From the NCBI GenBank assembly GCA_049601915.1, contig JBMYRB010000002.1, positions 90,553-154,552 on the forward strand: a DNA stretch of 64,000 nt. The letters run 5' to 3'. The translations under genes were made by a program, and so were the position numbers. The notes below the pieces were generated by a model. The model was not told the DNA's origin and ran no database searches. It saw only the letters and a list, made by a program, of their open reading frames with translations. The stretch comes from Alphaproteobacteria bacterium. Lineage in GTDB: Bacteria; Pseudomonadota; Alphaproteobacteria; UBA6615. This document shows, piece by piece, positions 21,227-35,151 of this stretch. Position 1 is the first letter of the stretch. The number at the start of each line of letters is the position of its first letter.

Positions 21227-22494
21227 TGCGCAAACTGATCACCGCGTTCGCATTCTCGGCGATGCTCACTGCCGCTCCCGCCGCTGCGGTTGCCGCAGAT
21301 TCCGATGAGGAAACATTCCGACAACTCGAACTGTTCGGCGATATCTTCGAACGGGTGCGTTCCCAGTATGTCGACGAAACGGAAGATGGGGATCTCATTG
21401 AGGCTGCAATCAACGGCATGCTGCAATCTCTCGACCCTCATTCGAGCTATCTGAATGAAGACAATTTCCGCGACATGCAGGTGCAAACCCGCGGCGAGTT
21501 CGGCGGTTTGGGCATCGAGGTGACCATGGAACAGGGGTTTGTGCGGGTGGTTTCGCCCATCGACGAAACCCCGGCAGCGCGTGCCGGCATCGAGGCGGGT
21601 GATTTTATCACCCATCTGGACGGCGAGACCGTGCTTGGGCTCACCCTTGCGGAAGCGGTTGACAAGATGCGCGGCCGGGTCGGGTCTGATATCGAGCTCA
21701 CCATCCGCCGCGAAGGCCAGGATCCGTTTGATGTGGCGGTCACCCGTGACGTCGTTCGCATCAAGTCGGTGCGCAGCCGGGTTGAGGGCAAGGTTGGTTA
21801 TGTCCGTATCACGACGTTCAATGAGCAGACCAATGATGGCCTAGAGGCCGCCATGGCCGATATCAAGCAGGAGCTGGGCGACGAATTGATCGGTGTCGTA
21901 CTCGACCTGCGGCGTAATCCTGGCGGGTTGCTCAATCAGGCCGTGAAGGTATCCGATGCATTTCTGGATCGTGGCGAGATTGTCTCGACGCGGGGGCGCG
22001 ATGACGATGACTCGCAACGCTTCAACGCGCGGGAGGGAGATCTGGCAAACGGTCTGCCGATGGTGGTGCTGATCAATCGGGGTTCGGCTTCGGCATCAGA
22101 GATCGTCGCCGGTGCGCTGCAAGATCATAAGCGCGCGGTAATCATGGGAACCGAGAGCTTCGGTAAGGGATCCGTACAGACGATCATGCCCATTCCGGGC
22201 CATGGTGCCATGCGCCTGACGACTGCCGCCTATTTCACTCCGAGCGGACGCTCGATTCAGCAGACCGGAATTACACCGGACATCGAGGTCGAACAGGTGA
22301 CCATCGAGACCGAGGATGTGCAGCAGGGGCCGCGTGAGAGTGATCTTCGCAATGCTCGTGACAATGAAGGGCTGGATGCGGAAGACAATTCTGCCGGGGC
22401 CAAAGAGGCCTCTACGCTGCAGGATTACCAACTTGCCCGGGCGCTCGACCTGCTGAAGGGTATCGCAACCTATAATGTTCGGGCGACGAACTAG
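21226..22494 (+). CDS. ctpA: Carboxyl-terminal processing protease (S41)
   Basis: Signal peptide, a PDZ domain and the S41 catalytic region (GSASASEIVAGAL...K). Confidence 0.85.
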   Translation: MRKLITAFAFSAMLTAAPAAAVAADSDEETFRQLELFGDIFERVRSQYVDETEDGDLIEAAINGMLQSLDPHSSYLNEDNFRDMQVQTRGEFGGLGIEVTMEQGFVRVVSPIDETPAARAGIEAGDFITHLDGETVLGLTLAEAVDKMRGRVGSDIELTIRREGQDPFDVAVTRDVVRIKSVRSRVEGKVGYVRITTFNEQTNDGLEAAMADIKQELGDELIGVVLDLRRNPGGLLNQAVKVSDAFLDRGEIVSTRGRDDDDSQRFNAREGDLANGLPMVVLINRGSASASEIVAGALQDHKRAVIMGTESFGKGSVQTIMPIPGHGAMRLTTAAYFTPSGRSIQQTGITPDIEVEQVTIETEDVQQGPRESDLRNARDNEGLDAEDNSAGAKEASTLQDYQLARALDLLKGIATYNVRATN

Positions 22495-22528
22495 GGAGCC
22501 GGCCGCATCTCGGGGTGCGGATCAAGGT

Positions 22529-23824
22529 ATGAGCGAGGAATTCGGCGAAGCGAAGTTCGGGTTGAACTGGTGCGTTCTTCTGCCGTCCGCAATTGCCGTC
22601 ACGCTTTTTGTTGTGTTGGCCGGGCTGATTGCGGCTGTCGCCATCGGCATTACGGCCGATCCGCCTGAGAATCCGGAAATCGCGGCGACAATGCCGCTCG
22701 ACCAAACACCAGACGAAGTCGTGGAAAAGGAAGAGACTGAAACGGCGATGGCCGGTGAGGGTGCGTCGACGCCGCCCACTGTGCCGGCACTGGGCGAACA
22801 GGCGTCGGTCCCGCATCCGGACGACACAGCCGGTCGGTCCGACGATGAATCCGCGAAAGATGATCCGGAAGTACAGAGTGACGAGGAGGCCGCCAAACCC
22901 CCTGCCGCGCCAACGCCCGACCCGGCCCCGGTCGCCGAGCCGGAAACCCAAAAGCCAGCCGAAACGGCTGCCGCGCCGCCGCCGGTTCCGCAATTGCCGA
23001 TACAACCTGGACGCGGTTTGCGGCCAGCGCCAAATCCTGCGTTGATCGAGCAGTCGAGTTTTGGCCCGCTGCCGAAGATCGGTGTGAACGGGCTCGAACC
23101 ATGGCAGGCCTATGCGCGCCCGGTCAAAAGCGGTGACGACCGCCCCCGTGTTGCGGTTATTCTCAGTGGGCTTGGCCTCTCGAGCGCGGCGACGGAAGCC
23201 GCCATTCAGGGTTTGCCGAGTGAGGTCACATTGGCATTTCAGCCCTTTGCCGACAACATCCAGCAATGGATCAGGCTTGCGCGCGCAGCGGGGCACGAGG
23301 TGTTGCTCAATCTTCCTATGGAGCCTGTTGACTTCCCTGCGAACGACCCGGGGCCGCGTGCGCTGTTTGTAACCCTGACACCGGATGAGAACGAAGAGCG
23401 GCTGCGTTGGGCGTTATCGCGCGTGACGGGTTATGTGGGGGTGGTCAATCACATGGGATCTCGGTTCACGACCTCGCGTGAAGCAATGAAGCCCATACTG
23501 GCCGAGATCAAGGCGCGCGGTCTGCTGTATGTCGACGCGCGCTCCTCGGCGCGAAGTATTGCAACCGTGATGGCCTCGCAGATGCAGGTCCCGCGTGCGA
23601 TCAATGACCGGTTTTTGGATTCGCGCGAAGTCTCTCGCGTGACCATTGATGCCCGATTGATAGAGCTCGAGCGGATCGCCAAGGATGCGGGCGTCTCAAT
23701 CGCGATCGGACAGGCATTCCCCGTGACGATCGAACGTGTTCGTGAGTGGGCGCAAACCCTGGAAAGCAAGGGCCTGGCCCTAGTGCCCGTGTCCGCGGTG
23801 GTGAACACACAGGCCGACCGTTGA
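22529..23824 (+). CDS. Divergent polysaccharide deacetylase family protein (YibQ-like) with an N-terminal TM segment and a Pro/Glu-rich linker
   Basis: ...VAVILSGLGLS...VTLAFQPFADN...HEVLLNLPMEP... are YibQ/DUF610 motifs. Start at MSEEF, preceded by AAGG. Confidence 0.7.
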   Translation: MSEEFGEAKFGLNWCVLLPSAIAVTLFVVLAGLIAAVAIGITADPPENPEIAATMPLDQTPDEVVEKEETETAMAGEGASTPPTVPALGEQASVPHPDDTAGRSDDESAKDDPEVQSDEEAAKPPAAPTPDPAPVAEPETQKPAETAAAPPPVPQLPIQPGRGLRPAPNPALIEQSSFGPLPKIGVNGLEPWQAYARPVKSGDDRPRVAVILSGLGLSSAATEAAIQGLPSEVTLAFQPFADNIQQWIRLARAAGHEVLLNLPMEPVDFPANDPGPRALFVTLTPDENEERLRWALSRVTGYVGVVNHMGSRFTTSREAMKPILAEIKARGLLYVDARSSARSIATVMASQMQVPRAINDRFLDSREVSRVTIDARLIELERIAKDAGVSIAIGQAFPVTIERVREWAQTLESKGLALVPVSAVVNTQADR

Positions 23825-24300
23825 TCGCGAACGACGCCGACACAGAATTCTATCGTCCGTGCGCCGGCATCATGCTGGTGAATGCCGAGGGCCGGGTTTG
23901 GGTTGGTGAGCGCCATGATTTTCCCGGCGCTTGGCAGATGCCTCAGGGAGGGATCGATGCCGGGGAAGATCCCCGATCCGCGGCCTTGCGGGAACTCAAA
24001 GAGGAAACCAGTGTTTCGAATGTCTCGTTCCTGGCCGAGGCGCCGGATTGGTTGAAGTATGATCTGCCACCGGCACTGGCGGGTCGGGCCTGGAAAGGAC
24101 GCTGGCGTGGCCAGATGCAGAAATGGTTCGCCTTTCGCTATCTCGGCAGCGATTCCGAAATCGATGTGAGTGGTGTGGAATCACCCGAATTCGCACGTTG
24201 GCGATGGGTCGATCTCGACGAAGTACCGCAGCTTATTGTCGAGTTCAAAAGCCCCCTGTACGAGGCCGTGGTCGATATCTTTCGGCCTTATATCGCCTGA
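23821..24300 (+). CDS. rppH: RNA pyrophosphohydrolase (Nudix)
   Basis: YRPCAGIMLVN...GGIDAGEDPRSAALRELKEETSV Nudix box. A TTG start overlaps the upstream stop. Confidence 0.8.
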   Translation: MIANDADTEFYRPCAGIMLVNAEGRVWVGERHDFPGAWQMPQGGIDAGEDPRSAALRELKEETSVSNVSFLAEAPDWLKYDLPPALAGRAWKGRWRGQMQKWFAFRYLGSDSEIDVSGVESPEFARWRWVDLDEVPQLIVEFKSPLYEAVVDIFRPYIA

Positions 24301-25136
24301 GGTCGCCCGGACGGCGTCTCGTCGCGATCGCTGGCGCGAAAGTTCATGAACCAGCAGGTCGCGCGGGCGATCCAGTTGGCAATCTTCCCGTGCGGCGAAA
24401 AGCCCACAGCCTTGAAGATCAATGTGACAGCGCGCTCTACGTGGTGCGTTTCGTAGAAGCCGTAAGCCCGAGACATATAGGCGCGAATACAGCGTTTGCG
24501 GTCATACGGCTCGCCATTGTTGTTGGCTGCGTAATAGGCATAGGCGAGCTCGTCGTCTTCGCTTTCGCCGATTCTACCGATCCCGACCATAAGACGTTTG
24601 ATTTTCCCCAACTGCTCGATGGTTCGGTAACGCTCCATATGCGTATAGAAGAGCTTGTAGTGCCGGATTTCGTCCGCCGCGATTCGTCGACAAATCTCCC
24701 GCATCACGGGTTCATCGGTCGCCTCGCGCAACGCGGTGTAATAGGACGACGTGCCGACTTCCACCATGCAACGTGCGACTAGCTCGCCGCAGCGCGTGCC
24801 CCGAACCGATTCTTCCGCCGCCATGGGGAGTTGAATTTTCTCCGAGAAATCGGCGAAACGGGCTTTGAAATCGAACGCAGGGTCGGCCATCTGGGCCCAG
24901 CGCGCCAACACCTCGCCATGTTGGACCTCTTCCAGAGACCAGCGACGTGCGGCCTGCTGGAAACCCGGATCATCGTTGAAGACGTTGCACAAATAGTCGG
25001 CATAGGTGTTGCCGTTATACTCGACCATCGCCGCTGCTTTGACGATGCTCAGCATCTCCGGATCAACCTTCGTCGGATCAAACTGATCCCACGGGATGTC
25101 GTCGGGTGTCCAATGTCGGCTTTGGTCTTCGATCAT
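24288..25136 (-). CDS. Ferritin-like diiron-carboxylate protein (acyl-ACP desaturase/AurF-like EExxH x2)
   Basis: Two E...EExxH motifs (EEVQHGE and ADEIRHYK), each preceded by a helix with a Glu, in a protein of about 280 aa. Confidence 0.55.
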   Translation of the reverse strand: MIEDQSRHWTPDDIPWDQFDPTKVDPEMLSIVKAAAMVEYNGNTYADYLCNVFNDDPGFQQAARRWSLEEVQHGEVLARWAQMADPAFDFKARFADFSEKIQLPMAAEESVRGTRCGELVARCMVEVGTSSYYTALREATDEPVMREICRRIAADEIRHYKLFYTHMERYRTIEQLGKIKRLMVGIGRIGESEDDELAYAYYAANNNGEPYDRKRCIRAYMSRAYGFYETHHVERAVTLIFKAVGFSPHGKIANWIARATCWFMNFRASDRDETPSGRPQAI

Positions 25137-25256
25137 GACGTCACATCAACGAATGGCGTGCGGACCCGATGTCCACAGCACTATTATATATCGTCGGATA
25201 TGCCGTGCAGTCAAAACCCTATGCACAGAAGTGAAAAATAGGGCAAATCGTTGATT

Positions 25257-25679
25257 TTATTGATAGACTAGGTTGTCGAGTGAGGTGAGTTTTGCGCGTG
25301 CCGTCGCTGCGCGCGCTTCCGCCAGGCCCAACTGGGCCTCATCACCGGCAGCATCACGAATATCCTCATTCGCGTCCTGCAGGTCTTTCTCGACACCGGC
25401 GCGGTCGATCTCGTCGAGCGGCACGGCTTCTTCGGCCAGAACGGTGCAGCGCTCCGCCGTGACTTCAGCGAAACCGCCTGCCACGAAAATGCGTGATTTA
25501 ACCGATCCACTTTCGAAAACGTGGATCACGCCGGGGCGTACGGTCGAAATCATGGGCGAATGTCCCGGCAGAACACCGAAGTCGCCTTCGGCACCGGGAA
25601 CCACCACCATCTGGACTTCTTCCGAGAGCAAAAGCTTCTCGGGTGAAACAAGTTCGAACTGAACCGCGTTGTCAGCCAC
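25257..25679 (-). CDS. atpC: ATP synthase F1 epsilon subunit
   Basis: Sequence VADNAVQFELVSPEKLLLSEEV.... A GTG start with an AGGAG RBS. The longer ORF overlaps atpD. Confidence 0.9.
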   Translation of the reverse strand: MADNAVQFELVSPEKLLLSEEVQMVVVPGAEGDFGVLPGHSPMISTVRPGVIHVFESGSVKSRIFVAGGFAEVTAERCTVLAEEAVPLDEIDRAGVEKDLQDANEDIRDAAGDEAQLGLAEARAATARAKLTSLDNLVYQ

Positions 25680-25692
25680 GCTTCGTCTCCTG

Positions 25693-27147
<1,455 letters not shown>

Positions 27148-28050
27148 CTAGAGCGCTTCCGCGCCAGAGATGATTTCAATGAGTTCTGTTGTGATCGCCG
27201 CCTGGCGTGTTCGGTTGTACTCGATAGTCAAGCGGTTGATCATATCGCCCGCGTTTCGTGTGGCGCTGTCCATGGCCGTCATTCGCGCGCCCTGTTCGGA
27301 GGCGAATGATTCGAGCATGGCGCGGAAAACCTGAACCGACAGGTTGCGCGGCAGCAAATCCGTGAGGATTTCTTTTTCGTCGGGTTCGTATTCGTAGGCC
27401 GCGTTGCCGGCGACATCCGGGTTGACGTCTTCTGCGTCGGATTCATCGGCCTCGGACAGCGCGAAGGGTATCAGCTGCTGTGGCGTGACATCCTGGGTCA
27501 GCGCAGAAATGAACTTGTTGTAAACAATCGTGCAGACGTCGATTTCGCCCGCCTCGAACATGGTGCGCACGCGCTGGGCGATTTCAACCGCGGTCTCGAA
27601 GCGGGGCGCGGGACGCGCGGTGTCTTCGAGGGTGTCGATGATAATGCTGTCGAACTCGGAGCGGAGAATGCCGCGCCCCTTGCGGCCGACCATGAGAAGC
27701 TTGACCTCTTTGCCGTCGGCGCGGAGTGCAAGAATTCGCTGGCGGGCCCAGCGGGTGATGCTACCGTTGAAGCCGCCGCACAGGCCGCGATCGGTGGTCA
27801 TGACCACGAACAGATGGACATTGTCCTTGCCGCTACCGGCGAGCAGGGGGGGGGCATTGCCCGACGCCACGGCACTTTCCGCGAGTGACCCCAGCATGCG
27901 TTCCATGCGTTCGGAATAGGGACGGGCCGCGATCGCTTCTTCCTGCGCACGGCGCAGCTTTGCGGCGGCGACCATCTTCATCGCCGACGTAATACGTTGC
28001 GTCGACTTCACCGAAGCGATCCTGACGCGGAATTCCTTGAGACTGGCCAT
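27148..28050 (-). CDS. atpG: ATP synthase F1 gamma subunit
   Basis: [36 protein letters not shown]. Confidence 0.95.
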   Translation of the reverse strand: MASLKEFRVRIASVKSTQRITSAMKMVAAAKLRRAQEEAIAARPYSERMERMLGSLAESAVASGNAPPLLAGSGKDNVHLFVVMTTDRGLCGGFNGSITRWARQRILALRADGKEVKLLMVGRKGRGILRSEFDSIIIDTLEDTARPAPRFETAVEIAQRVRTMFEAGEIDVCTIVYNKFISALTQDVTPQQLIPFALSEADESDAEDVNPDVAGNAAYEYEPDEKEILTDLLPRNLSVQVFRAMLESFASEQGARMTAMDSATRNAGDMINRLTIEYNRTRQAAITTELIEIISGAEAL

Positions 28051-28079
28051 CGTCTTGTCTTTGCCCTGTCCAGTCGGTG

Positions 28080-29609
<1,530 letters not shown>

Positions 29610-29612
29610 CCT

Positions 29613-30170
29613 CTACGCTCCCTTCATGGCGTATTGCAGGCGCTGAAGCTTTGTTTTCAGCGATGCATCGATCATCCGCGAACCAACCCGGACCACCAGC
29701 CCGCCAATGAGCGAGGCGTCCACTTTCGGTTCGACGGCTATTTTTCCACCCAGTTTTGCACGCAGGCTCTCGGTGAGCTGCTGCAGTTGTTCGTCATTCA
29801 GCGCGCGGGCCGATGTCACCTCGGCGGTGATTTCGCCGCGTCGGCGCGCGAGTTCGGCCAGATAGGCCTCGATCATGGCGGATAACGCGAACAGCCGGTT
29901 GTTTCCGGCGGCCACACCGACAAATCGGCGGGTGAGTTCGTTCGCGGCGCCCCGCTCAAGGATCACCCCCATCGCACGCGCCTTGTCGTCGCGGTCGATC
30001 AGCGGGGATCGCAGGAGCTTTGTCAGCTCCTCGCTGTCCGTAATGAGTTGTTTCAGGTCCGCCAGATCGCCGGCCACTTCGTCGAGGCATTTTGCCTCGT
30101 CCGCGAGCTCGTACAATGCGAGCCCGTACCGTTCTGCGATATCGCCGACAACACTTGTATCTGCCGCCAC
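29613..30170 (-). CDS. atpH: ATP synthase F1 delta subunit (OSCP)
   Basis: 185 aa, OSCP-like, immediately upstream of atpA. Confidence 0.9.
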   Translation of the reverse strand: MAADTSVVGDIAERYGLALYELADEAKCLDEVAGDLADLKQLITDSEELTKLLRSPLIDRDDKARAMGVILERGAANELTRRFVGVAAGNNRLFALSAMIEAYLAELARRRGEITAEVTSARALNDEQLQQLTESLRAKLGGKIAVEPKVDASLIGGLVVRVGSRMIDASLKTKLQRLQYAMKGA

Positions 30171-30428
30171 TGTGCGACTGCCCCCCCGGAGCCCGTTTTT
30201 GCTTGCGCGATTAGTTGTAACCGATTGATATCAATTAATATTTTTCGGCTGCCACTAGACGGAAGAAGACCCGTCGATAAGGCAGGCGCTTGGTAGCATA
30301 CGGCTTGGGGGCTGGCAAGCGTACCGCAGCGCAAAAACTGTAGAAAAACGCCGGATTTTCAGAGGTTCATACGGGCGGCCTTTCTTCGCGCATATTCTAG
30401 GCAAGCAATTGGACGGCAAACCGCTCCT

Positions 30429-32645
30429 CTAGAGGAAGCTGTAGGGGTCGATATCCACCCGCACCCGCGCACTTTTCGGGACCTTGATCTGTTCCAGCCA
30501 GTTGCGAACCAGGCCCTGAATCGACTGGTCCAGGCCGGCCTTGAGCAAGAGCCGCCGCCGGTGACGGCCCCGCAAGAGCGACAGCGGGGCCGGCGCGGGC
30601 CCAAGCACGCGCACGCCGGGTCCGTCGGGTGCACTACGCGCGAGTGCGCGTGCAAGTTCATCGGCCACCTGCGGATCCCGGCTGGACACAATAATGGCAG
30701 CCAGACGTCCGAATGGCGGCCAGTCACCCATTCGCCGCGCATCCGTCTCGAGCGCCATGAAACCGTCCCTGTCACCGGAAGCCAGTGCTTCCATGACGGG
30801 ATGGTCGGGCTGGAAGGTTTGAATGAGCACCCGGCCCGGACGCTCGGCGCGCCCCGCTCTGCCGGAAACCTGTTGCAATACCTGATATGTGCGCTCGGCC
30901 GCGCGCAAGTCACCGCCGGCAAGGCCCAAATCCGCATCGACGATCCCGACGAGGGTCAGATTCGGAAAATGGTGACCCTTGGCGACCATCTGGGTGCCGA
31001 TCAGGATGTCGATCTCCTGGTCCTCGACCGAACGGACCAGCCGCTGCGCGGCCTCCGGGCCGCGCATGGTGTCACTGGTCATGATTTCCATGCGCGCTTC
31101 GGGCAGCAACGCTCTGACCTCTTCGGCGATGCGTTCGACACCCGGGCCACACGCCACGAGCGTGTCTGTGTTGTCGCAAGACGGGCAATTTGTCGGGATC
31201 GGGACCTCATAGCCGCAGTGATGGCACTGGAGCCGCTTTCGGAAACGGTGTTCCGTCAACCACGCGCTGCAGCTCGGGCAGGCGAAGCGGTGGCCACAGG
31301 TGCGGCACAAAGTCAGTGGTGCATAGCCGCGGCGGTTGAGGAACAGCAGTGCCTGCTCGCCGTCGGCCATGTTCGCCTTGAGTGCGTCGACCAGCGGTTC
31401 GGAGAGAAAGCGGTCGGCACGCAAGTCGCCGTCTCGCATATCGATGGTCTCGATCGTCGGCAGCGCCGAGCGGCCAAACCTTTCGGGCAGCGCGATCGCC
31501 TTGTAGCGTTCTCGCGCTACATTGACGCGGGTTTCCAGGGATGGTGTTGCGGACGCGACAATGATCGTGCAATCGGCGATCCTGGCGCGCACGACGGCCA
31601 TGTCGCGCCCGTGATAGGCCACCCCGTCTTCCTGCTTGAAGGCGGATTCATGCTCTTCATCGACGACGATCAGGCCCAGTTCGGAAAAGGGCAAGAAAAG
31701 CGCCGAGCGCGCGCCCACCAAGACACGCGCTTCGCCGTCGGCTACAGCGCGCCAGGTCTTGCGGCGGCGAACCTGGCCGAGATCCGAATGCCAGACCGCG
31801 GGTACGACGCCAAAGCGCCGTTCGAAACGGTCGAGCCATTGCGGCGTCAGGGCTATTTCCGGCAAAAGCACCAACACCTGCCGGCCAGCGCCAAGCGCGG
31901 TCGCGAGTGCTTCGAAATAGACTTCCGTCTTACCCGAACCTGTGACCCCATCCAGCAATGTGACCGAGAAACTATCGGCCTCCACATCATTACAGAGAGC
32001 GGTCGCGGCCTGGGTCTGGTCGTTCGACAGCGCCATGCCTGGCCGGGAGACGTCCGGAACGGTGAAGGCGGGCGGCGGCGCAAGCTCGACCCGCTCGACG
32101 GCACCGGCATCGGCAAGCCCCTTGATGACACCCTGTGTGACACCGGCTTCATTCGCCAGATCGCGGGCAGTAAGAGGGGGGGCGTCACGCAATATATCGA
32201 GAACCCGGGTCCGTGCCGGCGTCATGCGCAGCCCGTCGGGCGGTGTCGCGGCCAGAAAAGCCGTTACAGGCTTCGGCGGCGCCAGTGCATCGGGGGAGCG
32301 TAGCGCCATCCGTAGCACGGCGCCGGGCGCACTCAACGTATAGGCGGCGACCCAGTCGACGAAGCGCCGGAGCTCTTCTGGCAGCGCGCGGGTGTCGATC
32401 CGGTCTGTGACGGGGCGCAGTTTCTTCTCGTCCACGTCGCCGATGGCCGGGCCCCATACCACGCCGGTCATCTCGCGTGACCCCAGGGGGGCGTGCACGA
32501 AGTCACCCGGTTGCAGAATCATGCCCGGCGGCACCTTGTAGTCATACGGTCCGGCGACCGGCAGCGGCAGCAAAACACTGACCGTTTCGCCGGCCTTGTC
32601 CGTCGGGTCATCCCGTCTGGGTGCGGTGGTGTCGGTCAGGGGCAT
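30429..32645 (-). CDS. priA: Primosomal protein N' (replication restart helicase PriA)
   Basis: N-terminal 3'-DNA-binding domain, DEAH helicase, and a Cys-rich Zn-finger insertion (CRTCGHRFACPSCSAW...CHHCG). Start at MPLTD; the ORF is open to 32681. Confidence 0.9.
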   Translation of the reverse strand: MPLTDTTAPRRDDPTDKAGETVSVLLPLPVAGPYDYKVPPGMILQPGDFVHAPLGSREMTGVVWGPAIGDVDEKKLRPVTDRIDTRALPEELRRFVDWVAAYTLSAPGAVLRMALRSPDALAPPKPVTAFLAATPPDGLRMTPARTRVLDILRDAPPLTARDLANEAGVTQGVIKGLADAGAVERVELAPPPAFTVPDVSRPGMALSNDQTQAATALCNDVEADSFSVTLLDGVTGSGKTEVYFEALATALGAGRQVLVLLPEIALTPQWLDRFERRFGVVPAVWHSDLGQVRRRKTWRAVADGEARVLVGARSALFLPFSELGLIVVDEEHESAFKQEDGVAYHGRDMAVVRARIADCTIIVASATPSLETRVNVARERYKAIALPERFGRSALPTIETIDMRDGDLRADRFLSEPLVDALKANMADGEQALLFLNRRGYAPLTLCRTCGHRFACPSCSAWLTEHRFRKRLQCHHCGYEVPIPTNCPSCDNTDTLVACGPGVERIAEEVRALLPEARMEIMTSDTMRGPEAAQRLVRSVEDQEIDILIGTQMVAKGHHFPNLTLVGIVDADLGLAGGDLRAAERTYQVLQQVSGRAGRAERPGRVLIQTFQPDHPVMEALASGDRDGFMALETDARRMGDWPPFGRLAAIIVSSRDPQVADELARALARSAPDGPGVRVLGPAPAPLSLLRGRHRRRLLLKAGLDQSIQGLVRNWLEQIKVPKSARVRVDIDPYSFL

Positions 32646-32755
32646 CGGGTACACTTTATCCGGCGACTCGCAGCGGGCCAACGTATGGCGCAGGTGACTG
32701 AGGGGATAGAGTCCTGGCGCTTCGAAAACATGGCGCAGAAGAAGGAATTCGGGGA

Positions 32756-33445
32756 ATGAAGTTTTTTGTGGATACTGCCGATCTGGCGGAAATTCGTGAT
32801 CTGGCCGAGAGCGGCCTTGTGGATGGTGTGACCACGAACCCGTCCCTGATCGCGAAGTCAGGACGCAACATGCTCGATGTCATCGCCGAGATTTGCGACG
32901 TCGTTCCCGGGCCGGTCAGCGCAGAGGTCACCGCGCCGGATTTCGAGACCATGATGGCCGAAGCCGATGTGCTCGCCGCCATCGCGCCGAACGTGACGAT
33001 CAAGGTCCCGTTGACGCCGGACGGCCTGAAGACATGCAAGACGCTGCGTGATCGTGACATCATGGTCAACGTGACCCTTTGTTTCTCTGCCGCACAGGCT
33101 GTTCTGGCGGCCAAGGCGGGCGCGAGTTTTATTTCACCGTTTGTCGGCCGTCTCGACGACATGGGTTTGCGTGGCCTCGACCTGATCGAGGATATCGTCG
33201 AAATCTATTCCCAGTACGACAATTTCGAGACCGAGGTGCTGGTCGCGTCAATCCGTGGCCCGGCGCATGTGGTCGAATCCGCGATGGCCGGCGCGCATGT
33301 CGCGACCTTGCCGCCGGGCGTTTTGCGGCAGCTCTATCAGCATCCGCTGACGGATAAGGGGCTCGCGGCATTCATGAAGGATTGGGAGGCAACCGGGCAG
33401 TCGATCCTGGAACAGGCGAATGACCGGAAGAATGCCGCAGAATAG
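32756..33445 (+). CDS. tal: Transaldolase (short type 3B) / fructose-6-phosphate aldolase family
   Basis: [16 protein letters not shown]...GVTTNPSL.... Confidence 0.85.
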   Translation: MKFFVDTADLAEIRDLAESGLVDGVTTNPSLIAKSGRNMLDVIAEICDVVPGPVSAEVTAPDFETMMAEADVLAAIAPNVTIKVPLTPDGLKTCKTLRDRDIMVNVTLCFSAAQAVLAAKAGASFISPFVGRLDDMGLRGLDLIEDIVEIYSQYDNFETEVLVASIRGPAHVVESAMAGAHVATLPPGVLRQLYQHPLTDKGLAAFMKDWEATGQSILEQANDRKNAAE

Positions 33446-33469
33446 GAAACCAATTGCGAGGGTGCGGGC

Positions 33470-34201
33470 GTGAGCACCAAGGCCCCGCGGCAGGATGCGC
33501 CGGAACCGGTCGAGCTGAGCGAAGACCGGGTCGTGGAGTTTCTGAAAACCAACCCCGATTTTCTCAAGCGCCGCCCCGAGCTGCTGTCGGTTCTCGAAGC
33601 ACCTGAGCGCGCGTTCGCCGATGTTGACCCGGCGGGTGGCGAGGTTGTCGATTTACAGGATGCCATGCTCGCACGTGTGCGTGCGGACCTCGGCAAACAA
33701 CGTGCTCAGTGTACCGATCTTATCGATGCCGGCCGCTCGAACCTGCAAAGCCAGAACCGGGTTCATGCCGCCGTCGTCGCGCTTCTTAAGGCGCGTTCGC
33801 TCGATCATCTGATTGAAATTCTTACGATCGACCTGGTCGGTCTTTTGCACGTCGATGCAGCCGCGCTGTGTCTCGAGGGCGGCACGGTTGCGCCGGGCAA
33901 CAATCAGGGTGTGCGCGTTGTTCCCGTGGGCACCATCGAGCGTCTTATTGATATCTCGCGTGCGGTAACCCTTCGTGAAGACATAGAGGGTGATCGTAGG
34001 CTCTATGGCGAGGCGGCAGGTCTCGTGCGGTCTGAGGTGTTGTTGCGCCTGACCGTGCGCGAGGATGCGCCGGTCGCGCTATTGGCACTCGGCAGCCGGG
34101 ACCCGCAACGCTTTCACGAAGGCCAGGGGTCCGAACTTCTGGTGTTCCTGGCGGCAATCATGGAGCACAGCATCCGCACATGGCTCGACCTGCCGCGCTG
34201 A
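33470..34201 (+). CDS. DUF484-family protein (GAF-like), the typical partner gene upstream of xerC
   Basis: ...VVEFLKTNPDFLKRRPELL... N-terminal motif and its position relative to xerC. Confidence 0.7.
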   Translation: MSTKAPRQDAPEPVELSEDRVVEFLKTNPDFLKRRPELLSVLEAPERAFADVDPAGGEVVDLQDAMLARVRADLGKQRAQCTDLIDAGRSNLQSQNRVHAAVVALLKARSLDHLIEILTIDLVGLLHVDAAALCLEGGTVAPGNNQGVRVVPVGTIERLIDISRAVTLREDIEGDRRLYGEAAGLVRSEVLLRLTVREDAPVALLALGSRDPQRFHEGQGSELLVFLAAIMEHSIRTWLDLPR

Positions 34202-35151
34202 AAAAGTTCGATTTCTCATCAGTGCCGGCCGCCCGTGACCTGAGCGGTGCGCTGGAACGTTGGCAGAACCTGCTTCTCACCGAACGTCGTGCATCTGAAC
34301 ACACGATATCGGCCTATCTCCGCGATGTAAGCGCGTTCCTGGAGTTTCTGTCCGAACATTTCGGTGGAACGATTTCACTCGCGATCCTTTTTGCCCTCAA
34401 GCAGGGCGACTTCCGCGCCTGGCTGGCGATGCGCAGCACGTCCGGATACGCCCGAAGTTCGACCGCCCGCGCGCTTTCATCCGTGCGCATGCTGTTCCGG
34501 TATCTTGACCGGGAAGGGTTTGGTCACAACCCGGCCATAGGTGCGGTGCGCGGCCCCCGGTTGTCCCGCGCCGTTCCCAAGGCGTTGAGTCGCCCTGAAA
34601 CGGAAGATCTGCTGCAGGCCCTGGGTCAGGGGGAGGCGGGGCCGGCTTGGATCACGGCGCGCGATATCGCGGTCATCCTGTTGCTCTACGGTTGCGGGCT
34701 GCGGATCTCCGAAGCACTGGAACTCAACAAGAAAGACATGCCCCGGGACGGCAGCCTTACGGTGGTCGGCAAGGGAGGGAAGACGAGGATGGTGCCTGTT
34801 TTGCCGGCCGTCAGCGAGGCACTCGACGTCTATCTGTCGACCTGTCCGTATCGGTTAACGCCGAACGGTCCGCTGTTTGTAGGGGTCAGGGGTGGCCGAC
34901 TAAGCCCGCGGGTGGTGCAAAAGCGGGTGCAGACCCTGCGTCTCGCCCTGAGGTTGCCACGCGAGACCACCCCGCATGCGTTGCGCCACTCCTTCGCGAC
35001 GCATCTGCTGTCTGCCGGCGGTGATTTGCGGGCCATCCAGGAGCTGCTCGGCCACGAATCCTTATCGACCACCCAGCGCTATACCGACGTCGATAGAGCA
35101 CGCCTGCTTGATGTCTACAGCAAGGCGCATCCCCGGGCGCAGAAAAGCTAG
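34180..35151 (+). CDS. xerC: Tyrosine recombinase XerC
   Basis: Phage-integrase fold with the catalytic R...HxxR...Y region (HALRHSFATHLL...GHESLSTTQRYT). Confidence 0.85.
   Translation: MARPAALKKFDFSSVPAARDLSGALERWQNLLLTERRASEHTISAYLRDVSAFLEFLSEHFGGTISLAILFALKQGDFRAWLAMRSTSGYARSSTARALSSVRMLFRYLDREGFGHNPAIGAVRGPRLSRAVPKALSRPETEDLLQALGQGEAGPAWITARDIAVILLLYGCGLRISEALELNKKDMPRDGSLTVVGKGGKTRMVPVLPAVSEALDVYLSTCPYRLTPNGPLFVGVRGGRLSPRVVQKRVQTLRLALRLPRETTPHALRHSFATHLLSAGGDLRAIQELLGHESLSTTQRYTDVDRARLLDVYSKAHPRAQKS

Noticed and set aside
30171-30428. AT-rich spacer upstream of atpH containing the perfect palindrome TTGATATCAA
   Set aside because: It is probably just the atp operon promoter region. 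With a single occurrence there is insufficient evidence for a specific operator.
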